Assembly (NCBI GenBank): GCA_943789165.1
Contig: CALSTB010000005.1
Location: 601,827-665,826 of the forward strand
Reading direction: 5' to 3'
Length of the DNA stretch: 64,000 bases
Source of the DNA: an uncultured Bacteroidia bacterium
GTDB taxonomy: Bacteria > Bacteroidota > Bacteroidia > NS11-12g > UBA9320
Part shown: positions 18,208 to 27,199 of the stretch, in pieces
Numbering within the stretch: the first letter of the stretch is position 1
Layout of the letters: each line of letters opens with the position of its first letter
Made by a program: the position numbers and the translations under genes
The notes under the pieces: model-generated
What the model was told of the DNA's origin: nothing
Database searches by the model: none
What the model saw: the letters and a program-made list of their open reading frames with translations, nothing else

Positions 18208-21105
18208 ATGATGTTTTTAAGAGTAGTTCTTTCTTTCATAATTATTGGCATTTCGTTTTCGACATCTTCTGCCCAACAAAGTTGGGATGACTATGTGTAT
18301 TATGATACATTTCAAATGGCAAATTCAAGCTTTTTTTCACCCTATACTGTGTTTTCAGATATAAGCGATAGTGGAGTGATTGTTGGGTACTTTAGAGATA
18401 CCGATAATTCTTATACTGGCTTAGTTTATTATAAAAATGGAAAGACTATATCATACAAATACACTGGTTACACCCATACCGAGATATTAGGTGTAACAAG
18501 TTCGGGACAAATCCTTGGACGTGCATATAGTACTCCAGCTTCAGCAATCGTGTTTACCGCAGATCTTGTGAATTACAAGGTACATAGTGCTACGGAAGTA
18601 AATTGGAATGGCTCCACTAACAATTATAAGTGGCCATCTAAGATGAACGAGAATGGAATCGGCTCTGGTAGTGTTCAATCAAGCACCCAAAGATGGCTTC
18701 ATTATGAGCAGATAGATGGAAGTACGACCATAGATAAAACGGTTCGATATAAAAAATCATCCACCACCTACAATACGTATGGACAAGGCATCAACGACAA
18801 CTTGTTGGCTGTTGGGTATTATTTGGACGGAAGCAGGAGAGTGCCATTTGTTTATTCAGACGGCGACAATAGGTTTGACATTGCGGATCATGTGGTAGAC
18901 CATGGTTTACAGGGAACCATTTTCAACGATATAAATGCATCAGACTTTATTGCGTTGGAATACAAGGATTCATTTGGGTTTTGGCACGGTACTGTTGGTA
19001 AATACTCGTCAACCTCAAGAAAGGTTGTATACGCCAATAACTTTCCACTTAAAGGAAGCCGGGGCTCATCGATTAAAGGAATAAACAACAATGGAGATAT
19101 TGTCGGAACTTATACATTAGATAACAATGAGACCTACGCCTTTTTTGCAACGACAAGCGGTATGAAAATCAAGGATTTCGATATTAAAAAACATGCTACT
19201 AAGTGGGGGAACTTTCCAAATATATTTGAAACTGACACCATGCGTAATAACTATAGGGTTAGTGATCCGTATAAGAGCGATACAAATTCAATTTATAAAA
19301 AAGCAAAGAAGTATGTAGGATTAAAACCTGTTGAGGAAACAGCTTTACTCAACGGAACACAGTCACCCTCATGGACTTCTTATGTATTGGCAAAAGGGGA
19401 GAGCAACTGTTATATCAACGGTCGCTACCGATTGAATGAAATAGGCAACTGGTTGAATTTAACTACGGATTCGTTTAGTGGCTTTTGTAGCGGCATATCT
19501 TTTATTACTGGACAGCACTTTAGTGACACTGGGAAGGTCAACAATCGCTTTAATCTTATTCCAAAGGTCAATACGTTGTCGGATTACAACGCAACGAAGT
19601 TTACCATGGATGTTGAAGAAATGCTAGGAGCAGTACAATTGTATCAGTTCTCCGGCCATTTGTCAAACGTACAACAAGGGTGGAATAATCAAATTTGGAA
19701 TTGGGAAAATGCCCAAGAGACAAGTAACTACAATAACATTAAATCCTATGTGAAAGAAATGGCGCAAGACTTCTATGATGAACAAACTGAAGATTCCTTG
19801 AACGTATTGGGCATATATTTATCTTTTGACCCAACCGGTAAACCCGGGGGACATGATGTTTTTCCGTTTGAAGTAACTAGGCCATTTAGCAAGATCGATA
19901 ACATCGATACAATAACCATTATGGATCCTAATTTCCCGCAAGAAGAAATTCAATTGGTTGTTAAATACGACGTACCCAGAATTGATGCCTATGACTTGGC
20001 GGGTAATCATTTGTACTGGGTTGTAACTGCTTCGTTATCGGGGAGTTTAGGGGAAGTAGATATCTCTAAGAACGCACAATTATCTACGCATAGACCTGCT
20101 GTTGTTAAACAGAATCATCAAAAGGCGAACAAATTCCCAAGTACCATTTATACACGAGGGTTGTGTGATTATAAGATAGAGAATTTAGACAAGCCCAGTG
20201 AAGTAATAGAAGTCACAAACAATACCTTTAGTAACGGATTTTCATCTGTTTTTGTCCAACATATATTTAACAGTGACCACTTACCAGATGTATTAACCAG
20301 TACGGAAAACTTAAATATTAAGACAAGTTTAACTGGCTGCTCAGATGTTCATTCGTGGCGTTTCGCTCACTCTGATGGTAGTTTGTTGTACATGCGCACG
20401 GGCGTTAAACCCAGTGACGTAGATGTGATTTACAACAATGGTAAAACCATGAAAGTACTCAATACCAACAACAGTCTTGAAAACGTTCAAGTAACTTCCA
20501 TGATGACTTCGGACGACGAAGAAGCGGTGGTGACTTTGACAGATTTTAGATTAGAAAATGGAAAAGAGTTGGATATTGAGGCAGTTGATATGTACCGGGT
20601 GGTTGTGAAAAACGATAAAACAGATAGTTCATCGTATACACTAAATGTTCGATACCTTGCGAAATCAGAAGATTTTGAGTGGGTGACGACAGGAATTAAA
20701 ATCAATTCTGATGACACGCATACGATCCTATTACGGCCATCTGATGAAGACAAGGAAGTACGTATTTTGGTAGATACGACAGGAGATGGAAACACCGATG
20801 ATACTTTAGTCATTCAAAATAATTCAGGAATTGAAGACGTCCTGATGGCAAGATATGATTTGCAATTGTTTCCGAACCCTGCGACAAAAACCTTGCAGCT
20901 TAATATGCAGAATTTGCAATCCACGTCAACCTCTTTTAAGTTAATCGATATTCAAGGTAAGGTGGTCTTTGTGCAGGACATTGCTCATGGATCAAACATC
21001 ACTTCAAGCTTCGATGTTTCTCATTTAGCACGAGGCGTGTATACGGCAGAAATTACCACGTACAATAACAAATCGACTTTGCGAAAAAAGGTTGTGTTGA
21101 AATAG
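18208..21105 (+). CDS. large secreted HAF-repeat protein with T9SS C-terminal domain
   Basis: Signal peptide from the ATG at 18208 (MMFLRVVLSFIIIGISFSTSSAQ). Repeated xINxxGxIVGYx motifs (ISDSGVIVGYF, GINDNLLAVGYY, GINNNGDIVGTY). C-terminal LFPNPATKTLQL...GVYTAEITT...KKVVLK. Confidence 0.7.
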   Translation: MMFLRVVLSFIIIGISFSTSSAQQSWDDYVYYDTFQMANSSFFSPYTVFSDISDSGVIVGYFRDTDNSYTGLVYYKNGKTISYKYTGYTHTEILGVTSSGQILGRAYSTPASAIVFTADLVNYKVHSATEVNWNGSTNNYKWPSKMNENGIGSGSVQSSTQRWLHYEQIDGSTTIDKTVRYKKSSTTYNTYGQGINDNLLAVGYYLDGSRRVPFVYSDGDNRFDIADHVVDHGLQGTIFNDINASDFIALEYKDSFGFWHGTVGKYSSTSRKVVYANNFPLKGSRGSSIKGINNNGDIVGTYTLDNNETYAFFATTSGMKIKDFDIKKHATKWGNFPNIFETDTMRNNYRVSDPYKSDTNSIYKKAKKYVGLKPVEETALLNGTQSPSWTSYVLAKGESNCYINGRYRLNEIGNWLNLTTDSFSGFCSGISFITGQHFSDTGKVNNRFNLIPKVNTLSDYNATKFTMDVEEMLGAVQLYQFSGHLSNVQQGWNNQIWNWENAQETSNYNNIKSYVKEMAQDFYDEQTEDSLNVLGIYLSFDPTGKPGGHDVFPFEVTRPFSKIDNIDTITIMDPNFPQEEIQLVVKYDVPRIDAYDLAGNHLYWVVTASLSGSLGEVDISKNAQLSTHRPAVVKQNHQKANKFPSTIYTRGLCDYKIENLDKPSEVIEVTNNTFSNGFSSVFVQHIFNSDHLPDVLTSTENLNIKTSLTGCSDVHSWRFAHSDGSLLYMRTGVKPSDVDVIYNNGKTMKVLNTNNSLENVQVTSMMTSDDEEAVVTLTDFRLENGKELDIEAVDMYRVVVKNDKTDSSSYTLNVRYLAKSEDFEWVTTGIKINSDDTHTILLRPSDEDKEVRILVDTTGDGNTDDTLVIQNNSGIEDVLMARYDLQLFPNPATKTLQLNMQNLQSTSTSFKLIDIQGKVVFVQDIAHGSNITSSFDVSHLARGVYTAEITTYNNKSTLRKKVVLK

Positions 21106-21363
21106 TTTGTAAATACTACTTCATACGCGGCGGTCTACCCAAACCCCAATACAGGGAGTTTTACAGTCACTACATTACCATCAAACCGAATAAAAGGAGC
21201 AGAGCTGACCAACGTATTTGGACAATTAATCCCAATTAAGGTTAAAAAGATGGGGGAGAGTAGGCTAGAAATAGATGCAAACCACTTGAAATCAGGAAAT
21301 TACTTCCTCATTCTGCATACTGAACTGGGAATGATTCGAAAGAAGTTGACGATTCTGAATTAA
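21106..21363 (+). pseudogene. orphan T9SS C-terminal sorting domain, in frame directly after the TAG stop of the upstream gene
   Basis: Translation is FVNTTSYAAVYPNPNTGSFTVTTLPSNRIKGAELTNVFGQLIPIKVKKMGESRLEIDANHLKSGNYFLILHTELGMIRKKLTILN*. There is no start codon or protein body of its own. Confidence 0.7.
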
Positions 21364-21785
21364 TCTAGCTGATTAATAATCGCCATTGGACCACCGCAAT
21401 ACACGCTGTGGCACGATTTGCATGCATCAATGGATTTGTAATAGTAATAAGACTGGGAATCACCACGTTCGATGCCTTTTAATGCTTCTAGATAGGGTTT
21501 AGTTAAGCTTTGAAAATCAGATTCTAGATGTTCGTCTCTGGTGCCATGCGCTGTGGCCATGTCCCAAATAACACTGGGAATGGAATCGATTGATTGTCCT
21601 TTGGCGATAGATTGTTTAGCGGCTTTCGAAAAATCGACCATTACCCGCATCGTTGCTGATAATTCAGATGCCTCGTACATCTCAGCTTTTTCTTCTTTTT
21701 GAGGTTGTTTACAGGCAGTATACACCACAACGGTCAATAAAAGTACAATCGATAGGTATTTTGACTTATTCAATGACAACACCAT
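21360..21785 (-). CDS. lipoprotein with C-terminal CxxCH motif (putative class II c-type cytochrome)
   Basis: Start at the internal ATG at 21785 gives lipoprotein signal MVLSLNKSKYLSIVLLLTVVVYTAC. CKSCH lies near the C-terminus. The gene overlaps the upstream gene by 20 nt. Confidence 0.45.
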   Translation of the reverse strand: MVLSLNKSKYLSIVLLLTVVVYTACKQPQKEEKAEMYEASELSATMRVMVDFSKAAKQSIAKGQSIDSIPSVIWDMATAHGTRDEHLESDFQSLTKPYLEALKGIERGDSQSYYYYKSIDACKSCHSVYCGGPMAIINQLD

Positions 21786-22272
21786 CAGCCATGAGAGAAT
21801 AGCGTATTTCATAATCCGTGATGGCATCAATCTCTTCCTGAGATTTTTCAGCATCTTTAGCATATTCCTTTAATTGGTCAACTGATACGGAATCCACATA
21901 GAATGTACCTTTAACAGTGGCTTTATGGCCTTTACTGTTCATAGGTACGAAATATCCATAATCGCGAAATCGAACCAATACATCCATGCCTTCTATGTCC
22001 ATTTTCATCCAACAACCTTTTGCCTGACAAACAGAGGCGATGTCGCCCGTTAAAATGGCGTCAAGAGAATCACGGTCGCCTAATAAGAAATTAAACGAAG
22101 CAGGATCATACTCATCAGCTACGTTCCATAACGTATCACCGTATCGACCAGCAATTACTTGTTCAACAGTTTCTTCACTGTCCGTTTCAGTGGTTTTTGG
22201 GTCTTTACAGCCCACAAACATGGTTGTGGTGATAAGTGCAAAAATAAGAACACGATTTGTCAGCTTTTTCAT
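21766..22272 (-). CDS. DUF4920 domain lipoprotein
   Basis: Lipobox FVGC; motif CQAKGCWMKM...VRFRDYGYFVP. Confidence 0.65.
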   Translation of the reverse strand: MKKLTNRVLIFALITTTMFVGCKDPKTTETDSEETVEQVIAGRYGDTLWNVADEYDPASFNFLLGDRDSLDAILTGDIASVCQAKGCWMKMDIEGMDVLVRFRDYGYFVPMNSKGHKATVKGTFYVDSVSVDQLKEYAKDAEKSQEEIDAITDYEIRYSLMADGVVIE

Positions 22273-22581
22273 GGAGCAAATGTAGAAAAAAGATAAACAG
22301 AAAAGAGAAAAATATATGGGAATAACCTAGTCTATAGGCGCTAATTTCTCCACTTTAACCGGGGCTATTTTGTTTAAATAGGTAGGCTCTAAACTAGAGT
22401 TTAAGTTCCATTTGTTGATTGGTCGTGGATTTTTGCGCGTCTGAATACTAAACGTGAATAAACGTCTTTTTGCTATTTCCCCGTTGGATTTAGCAATATG
22501 GTACTGTTTGTTTATGTCGTTTAACATGCGTACAAAGATTGTGTAAATGCGTAAGATTTACATCCCGAAAGGTAGTGATTT

Positions 22582-23247
22582 TTATCGTTTTAATGCATCC
22601 AAAGGTAATTTCTCAAAATAGTCATCCATTTCAATGAAATCATTTACCTCTAAATGTCCTTCCAACCACTCATGTGCCATGGCTTTATCCAATACCAAAG
22701 GCATGCGTTTTTTGGTATTGTGAATGTGACTCATCAAACTGTTGGCAGGCCTTGTTAAAATAGACACAGTTTTGATTGTTGCACCGATTTCCGGATAATA
22801 CCAATCAGCAAACAAGCAGGCCAAGTGAAATGGGTCGCCTTTAGGCATGATGATCATGTGCCTTTCTTTTTCAACTTCTTTCTTCCCTTTTTTATTAATG
22901 GAGGATACGTGCTGCCATTCATAAAAGCCGTCAACGAGCATAGTTGCGTGATTTTCTTGATACTTAAAACACATTGACCTGGACTCTTCTATCTTTTCGA
23001 CCCTTGTATTCAGTGTGTTACGCAACTTAGGACTCCATTCTTTCTCCCATGAAGGCACCAACCACCATTTACCTAACCTCATTTGTTTAGGATGCTCATT
23101 GGTGACAATGGGAACCCAACTAAAGGTATATCCATTGATATGAGATTGTGGTTCAAACAAATCTTGATGATTGCCTTTTGGCTCGTTAAGACCCATTTTT
23201 TCAGCCAAAATATCAAGAGCCGTTGTTTGCTTAATATGGTAACACAT
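22582..23247 (-). CDS. SOS response-associated peptidase (SRAP/YedK, DUF159)
   Basis: The internal start gives the MC N-terminus (catalytic Cys2) MCYHIKQ. Also has motifs DGFYEW and MPLVL. Confidence 0.8.
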   Translation of the reverse strand: MCYHIKQTTALDILAEKMGLNEPKGNHQDLFEPQSHINGYTFSWVPIVTNEHPKQMRLGKWWLVPSWEKEWSPKLRNTLNTRVEKIEESRSMCFKYQENHATMLVDGFYEWQHVSSINKKGKKEVEKERHMIIMPKGDPFHLACLFADWYYPEIGATIKTVSILTRPANSLMSHIHNTKKRMPLVLDKAMAHEWLEGHLEVNDFIEMDDYFEKLPLDALKR

Positions 23248-23481
23248 GTAACAAATATAGTATGCAACCATTTGCGTTATTGGTGTAAATATGGCTTTGT
23301 GAATAGAAATATGAAGTATCCACAATCCATATAAGTCCAGTGTTTATGAACGTAACATTTGTAATTATACGTATAAGGTTTTCACAATTACCTTTTCTTG
23401 CCTGAATTGCTCGTGAGTAGCCTGATATTGCATCTGTATTTCAGGGAAACCTAATACACACAACTACTTTAAACTGCGACG

Positions 23482-24051
23482 ATGAAATTTTCTCAATTAA
23501 ACAACTTGCTACGAATTACGGGATGCATTTCCGTAATTCTTTTTTGTTTAAATACCTCATACGCCCAATCGAATCAAGACAGTCACGACATACGTATCGT
23601 CGTACCAGAAGCTTCGTCTATTGCCATAAGTGGTGAATCAGGCGGTGGAATTCAATTGGCGCCAACTGCCCCGATCGAAGCGGGTATGGCTTTGGATTTT
23701 GAATCAGCAAAAGACCAAAGCTTGTGGTTGAATTATTCAGCTGTTTCCCAGGAAGGAAAAGCCATTTATGTAAAGATTTCGGAAGGAGAGGTGCCAAGTG
23801 GAACAAACCTCCAGGTGAATGCAACGCAATTAAGTGCCGATGGAAACGGCAATCTTGGCCAAGCCAATGGCAGTGTTACTTTAAGCACCACCAACCAACA
23901 ATTAATATCAGGTATTATAACATGTTATACGGGCGACGGTTCTGAAAAAGGTCGACAATTGGCGTATTCATTAGTAACCACATCCCAATATGGAAGCATA
24001 CAAGCTACTTCAAATCAAGTGATTACAGTTTGTTATACCATTACGGATTAA
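23482..24051 (+). CDS. secreted hypothetical protein (beta-rich, adhesin/fimbrial-like)
   Basis: Signal peptide ending AQS and a Thr/Ser/Gly-rich beta pattern. I recognise no family. Confidence 0.55.
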   Translation: MKFSQLNNLLRITGCISVILFCLNTSYAQSNQDSHDIRIVVPEASSIAISGESGGGIQLAPTAPIEAGMALDFESAKDQSLWLNYSAVSQEGKAIYVKISEGEVPSGTNLQVNATQLSADGNGNLGQANGSVTLSTTNQQLISGIITCYTGDGSEKGRQLAYSLVTTSQYGSIQATSNQVITVCYTITD

Positions 24052-24117
24052 AGATTTGAGGTCGTTATTCAGTAGTAAGCTTAACGACTAGACACAACTC
24101 ATAATTTATAGTAAGTG

Positions 24118-24148
24118 AAAGCCTCGATGTAGATCGGGGCTTTTTATT
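24118..24148. terminator. bidirectional rho-independent terminator
   Basis: 9-bp stem AGCCTCGAT/ATCGGGGCT with a GTAG loop, followed by a T-run on the + strand and preceded by an A-run. Lies between convergent genes. Confidence 0.55.
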
Positions 24149-24815
24149 TGCGTAAGATTGGCATTTGTTTAAGTTGTTGCTTGGCTTTAGAAAACAATGA
24201 AGACCAACGTGGTTTCTTACTGTTTACTTTAAAGTCTCCAAAGCTTTGTAAGCGATCAAAGTCGCTCCTTGAGTCATGAAAAGTGTACAATCCCTCGCGG
24301 TCTTTTATACCCGTTAGTTTAATGGTACCATTGTCAAGCCAAATCAAAACCCGTTCGGCCTCAATTTTGACAGATGGATAAATCTTAGATATAGATGCCT
24401 TTTTATCGCTCTCAGGTAGTTTTTTCCATTCGTAATAATCAAAGTACGTGTTTGAGAAAGTTAACCCATGTTGCACACCAACCGTTTCCATAAAAAAGTA
24501 GCCGTCTGCATATAAGTCGTACGACTTATATAAGGCCTCAATAAAACCAGCGGTTTTATCCCTAAGCGTAATCAGAACCTGGCGGATTCTATATTCTTCG
24601 AATTCTTTTGCGTTAATAAAATGGGTCAACTTAGACCGCACTGCTTGCTTTACGTCGGTTGTTTCTTCACTTAGTTCAGAAATCCACAACATATGAGATT
24701 GGCCGATGTACGTTTTAAAACTACTGTCATTAGCAACAAGCTTTTGAAATTCTGTCAAAGGAATTTCTTCCAAGAGGTTGTACGTCTTCAGCGAAAGTTG
24801 AACTTTTGGGGTCAA
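24144..24815 (-). CDS. hypothetical protein
   Basis: The ORF opens 2 codons after a TAG, with a TTG at 24815; the first ATG is about 40 codons in. The start lies 5 bp from the IS end, so the 5' end is uncertain. Confidence 0.45.
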   Translation of the reverse strand: MTPKVQLSLKTYNLLEEIPLTEFQKLVANDSSFKTYIGQSHMLWISELSEETTDVKQAVRSKLTHFINAKEFEEYRIRQVLITLRDKTAGFIEALYKSYDLYADGYFFMETVGVQHGLTFSNTYFDYYEWKKLPESDKKASISKIYPSVKIEAERVLIWLDNGTIKLTGIKDREGLYTFHDSRSDFDRLQSFGDFKVNSKKPRWSSLFSKAKQQLKQMPILRK

Positions 24816-24835
24816 AAGCTAAGAGAGAGTTCATG

Positions 24836-25810
24836 CTAATTTAGGTTTAATTTTTGATACTGTTTTTTTCGTGCTTTTAGCGTTCTTGATTTAGTCATTC
24901 TTCGTTGCTTCAATTTCGACTCAGCTTTGCCGTGATAAACCTCTGCAGGAGTCAGGTTTTGCAAAGATTCATGGTAGCGTTTATTGTTGTAATAATAAAC
25001 GAACTCATTAAGTTTTTGTTCCAGCTGTTCCGGGCTGAAGTAATTGTCCAATTTGACCACATTCTTCATGGATCTATGATAACGTTCAATCTTTCCTTGA
25101 GTCTGAGGGTGAAGAGGCCTACCTCGAACGTGTTTCATATTTTGGATCTGTAGATAATTGGCAAGTTCTAGTGATATGTAGCATGATCCATTGTCCGAAA
25201 GAAGTTTAGGTCTACTGTTCTCTGGAACGTCCGAAGCAAGTAAAGCTTCATTTAAGGTAGCTTTAACATCTTCTGCCTTCATAGAGGAACACAGCTTCCA
25301 GTTGACAATAAATCGGCTGTAATCGTCTAGAACTGTAGAGAGGTAATACCAACCCCAACCAAAGATCTTAAAGTAGGTGAAGTCTGTTTGCCACATCTGA
25401 TTAACATGTGTTGTTTTGTCATGAAAACTGTCTGATGCACTCATGATTCTAAAGGAAGGTGTTGATATCAGACCATTAGCTTTTAAGATGCGGTACACAC
25501 TTGATTCGCTAATGTAATAGCTATACGTATCGGTTATATACCAGGCTACTTCTCTAGGGGAAAGTTCGGATTGTTCTAGGGCTATTTCAACCACCTTGTC
25601 TCTGTCCGATTCATTAATTTGATTCCACGAACTCTTTCTTTTCGATGGTTTACGAGCTAATCCTTCATAACCATCTTCGGTAAAGGATTTGTACCAATTG
25701 TAAAAGGTGGTTTTGTTTATCTTTAACTCTCTGAGTGTACGGATTACACCTAAATCGGATTGCTCCACAAGATGAATTAATTCGTACTTTTCTTGTTGAC
25801 TGTAATGCAT
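24836..25810 (-). CDS. IS3-family transposase OrfB (HTH + rve/DDE integrase)
   Basis: DDE-core motifs WQTDFTYF, LSDNGSCY and ERYHRSMK. Confidence 0.9.
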   Translation of the reverse strand: MHYSQQEKYELIHLVEQSDLGVIRTLRELKINKTTFYNWYKSFTEDGYEGLARKPSKRKSSWNQINESDRDKVVEIALEQSELSPREVAWYITDTYSYYISESSVYRILKANGLISTPSFRIMSASDSFHDKTTHVNQMWQTDFTYFKIFGWGWYYLSTVLDDYSRFIVNWKLCSSMKAEDVKATLNEALLASDVPENSRPKLLSDNGSCYISLELANYLQIQNMKHVRGRPLHPQTQGKIERYHRSMKNVVKLDNYFSPEQLEQKLNEFVYYYNNKRYHESLQNLTPAEVYHGKAESKLKQRRMTKSRTLKARKKQYQKLNLN

Positions 25811-25824
25811 ATACTTCCTCCTTT

Positions 25825-26172
25825 CTATTCTTCGCCACTTAAGTTTTTTTTCAACTCTCTGTTGCGTAAAGAAAGTTCTGCTACCAGTTCTTTGAGTGAT
25901 TGGTTCTCTGTCTTTATCTCATGAACCTCAGTTGTATTGGCTTCACGCATAGTGTCGCCAGATAAACGACGTTTACCGGCTTCCATAAAGTCTTTGGCCC
26001 ATTTGTAATAATTGCCTTGACTAATACCTTCCTTCCTGCATAACTCTGCTATGGTGGTTTCACCACGTATGCCATCAATAATGATTCTAATCTTTTCTTC
26101 TGAACTGTAGACCTTTCTGGTCTTTCTTTTTAAGTCACTGATCAGTGAACTTGTGCTTTTCTTTTTTACCAT
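25825..26172 (-). CDS. IS3-family transposase OrfA (HTH_Tnp_1 with leucine-zipper tail)
   Basis: RKVYSSEEKIRII...IAELCRKEGISQGNYYKWAKDF, followed by a heptad-rich tail. Confidence 0.9.
   Translation of the reverse strand: MVKKKSTSSLISDLKRKTRKVYSSEEKIRIIIDGIRGETTIAELCRKEGISQGNYYKWAKDFMEAGKRRLSGDTMREANTTEVHEIKTENQSLKELVAELSLRNRELKKNLSGEE
25844..25851 (-). other. candidate -1 programmed frameshift site (A8 run, A AAA AAC in the orfA frame)
   Basis: On the minus strand: ttg aaa aaa aac tta. The -1 frame stays open (KKKLKWRRIERRKYMHYSQ) into orfB. Confidence 0.5.
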
Positions 26173-26558
26173 CTCTGGGTGATTTAAAGGGTTATAAAGT
26201 TATTAAAACCCCTCTCTTAAATCTTTACCCTTAATAGTTCACTTTTTGCTGACGGTATACAATTAAAGATAATAAATTTAATTTTTAATACATTCTTAAG
26301 CCGATAAAGGAGTGTAAGACTTAATTTTTTGAAATATAGATATGCTAATCAAAAAAAAAAATTAAAGTTTAGTTTACGAAACCATAAAAAAGTTACACTA
26401 TAAAAAAGGACACTATAAAAAAGGGGGGCAACAAATTAGTTAACAGAATTAAACTATATAAAGGAGAGTAAAATTAGAGTGCTGTTCAATAGTTGTTCAA
26501 GTTCTAAACTAAAAAAACCTCAACTATCTATAAATTAGATTGTTAAGGCTTTTATTTG

Positions 26559-26643
26559 TACCCGGAGCCGGGGTCGAACCGGCACGACCGCAATGGTCAC
26601 AGGATTTTAAGTCCTGCGTGTCTACCAATTCCACCACCCGGGC
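26559..26643 (-). tRNA. tRNA-Leu (anticodon TAA)
   Basis: The reverse complement, gcccgggtggtggaattggtagacacgcaggacttaaaatcctgtgaccattgcggtcgtgccggttcgaccccggctccgggta, folds as a cloverleaf with a long variable arm and anticodon loop CTTAAAA. Confidence 0.9.
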
Positions 26644-26713
26644 TTGGCAACACTCACCCTTTGAAACAAAGGGTTTCTGTTAACTAAAAAAGGGACTAAG
26701 TCCCTTCTTTTTG

Positions 26714-26787
26714 AGCGAAAGACGAGATTCGAACTCGCGACCCCCCACCTTGGCAAGGTGATGCTCTACCAGCTGAGCTACTTTCGC
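26714..26787 (-). tRNA. tRNA-Gly (anticodon GCC)
   Basis: The reverse complement is gcgaaagtagctcagctggtagagcatcaccttgccaaggtggggggtcgcgagttcgaatctcgtctttcgct. It has a 7-bp acceptor stem and anticodon loop TTGCCAA. Confidence 0.9.
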
Positions 26788-26826
26788 TTGTTTTTATAAA
26801 GAACAACCTCGTTTTTTTGAGGTGTG

Positions 26827-26834
26827 CAAAGATA
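26827..26834 (-). promoter_or_regulatory. candidate -7 promoter box (TATCTTTG) for the tRNA-Gly/tRNA-Leu unit
   Basis: TAnnTTTG match on the minus strand, 40 nt upstream of the tRNA-Gly 5' end. Confidence 0.3.
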
Positions 26835-27082
26835 TAAATTCTTGAAACTAAGAAGCAAAGTTTTTCATAATTTTTTTGGCGTAAAAATGTGTGCATGATG
26901 TCCATCTCTATTTGCTTTCAATATGCAAGCGACCTCTTGAATTTGGAAATTGTTTATATTACAAAACCATAACAAGAATGGGAGGTGATTCCTACCGTCG
27001 GTTTTACAACTTTAATGTCAAACGTAAAACCTTCATTTAGTGATTATTAATCCACATTTGTTGAGATTTAGACCTTTGATTT

Positions 27083-27107
27083 GTCAAATATATCCTTAAT
27101 ATTTGAC
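27083..27107. promoter_or_regulatory. perfect 9-bp inverted repeat GTCAAATAT-N7-ATATTTGAC
   Basis: Read directly from the sequence, about 95 nt upstream of the kinase ORF start at 27200. Candidate operator. Confidence 0.25.
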
Positions 27108-27199
27108 TAGTTAGTTTTTAGTAATTGAGCTTATTAAATTCTGAAACTGTTATTTGAGGTTGTGTAATAAAGAGATTAGTACATTTAGAAACACGCGAT

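Larger units (their letters stand above)
24820..26219 (-). mobile_element. IS3-family insertion sequence (second, unrelated type), about 1.4 kb
   Basis: orfA and orfB are in 0/-1 frames. Candidate terminal inverted repeats are TAAGAGAG... (24820) and ...CTCTCTTA (26219). The exact ends are uncertain and no clear target duplication is visible. Confidence 0.75.

Noticed and set aside
22327-22527. 66-aa ORF upstream of the SRAP gene, vaguely reminiscent of an integrase arm-binding N-terminus
   Set aside because: It is too short and has no supporting motif or downstream catalytic domain. Treated as non-coding.
22273-26558. Genomic island integrated at the 3' end of tRNA-Leu
   Set aside because: There is no integrase gene, and I could find no direct repeat of the tRNA 3' end in 22273-26558. 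Only an IS and a few hypothetical genes are present. Island status cannot be supported from this window.
26644-26713. Two small hairpins between tRNA-Gly and tRNA-Leu (CCCTTT-GAAACA-AAGGG and AGGGACT-A-AGTCCCT) as an ncRNA
   Set aside because: They are short spacer hairpins, consistent with processing or terminator structures in a tRNA operon. Nothing suggests an independent gene.
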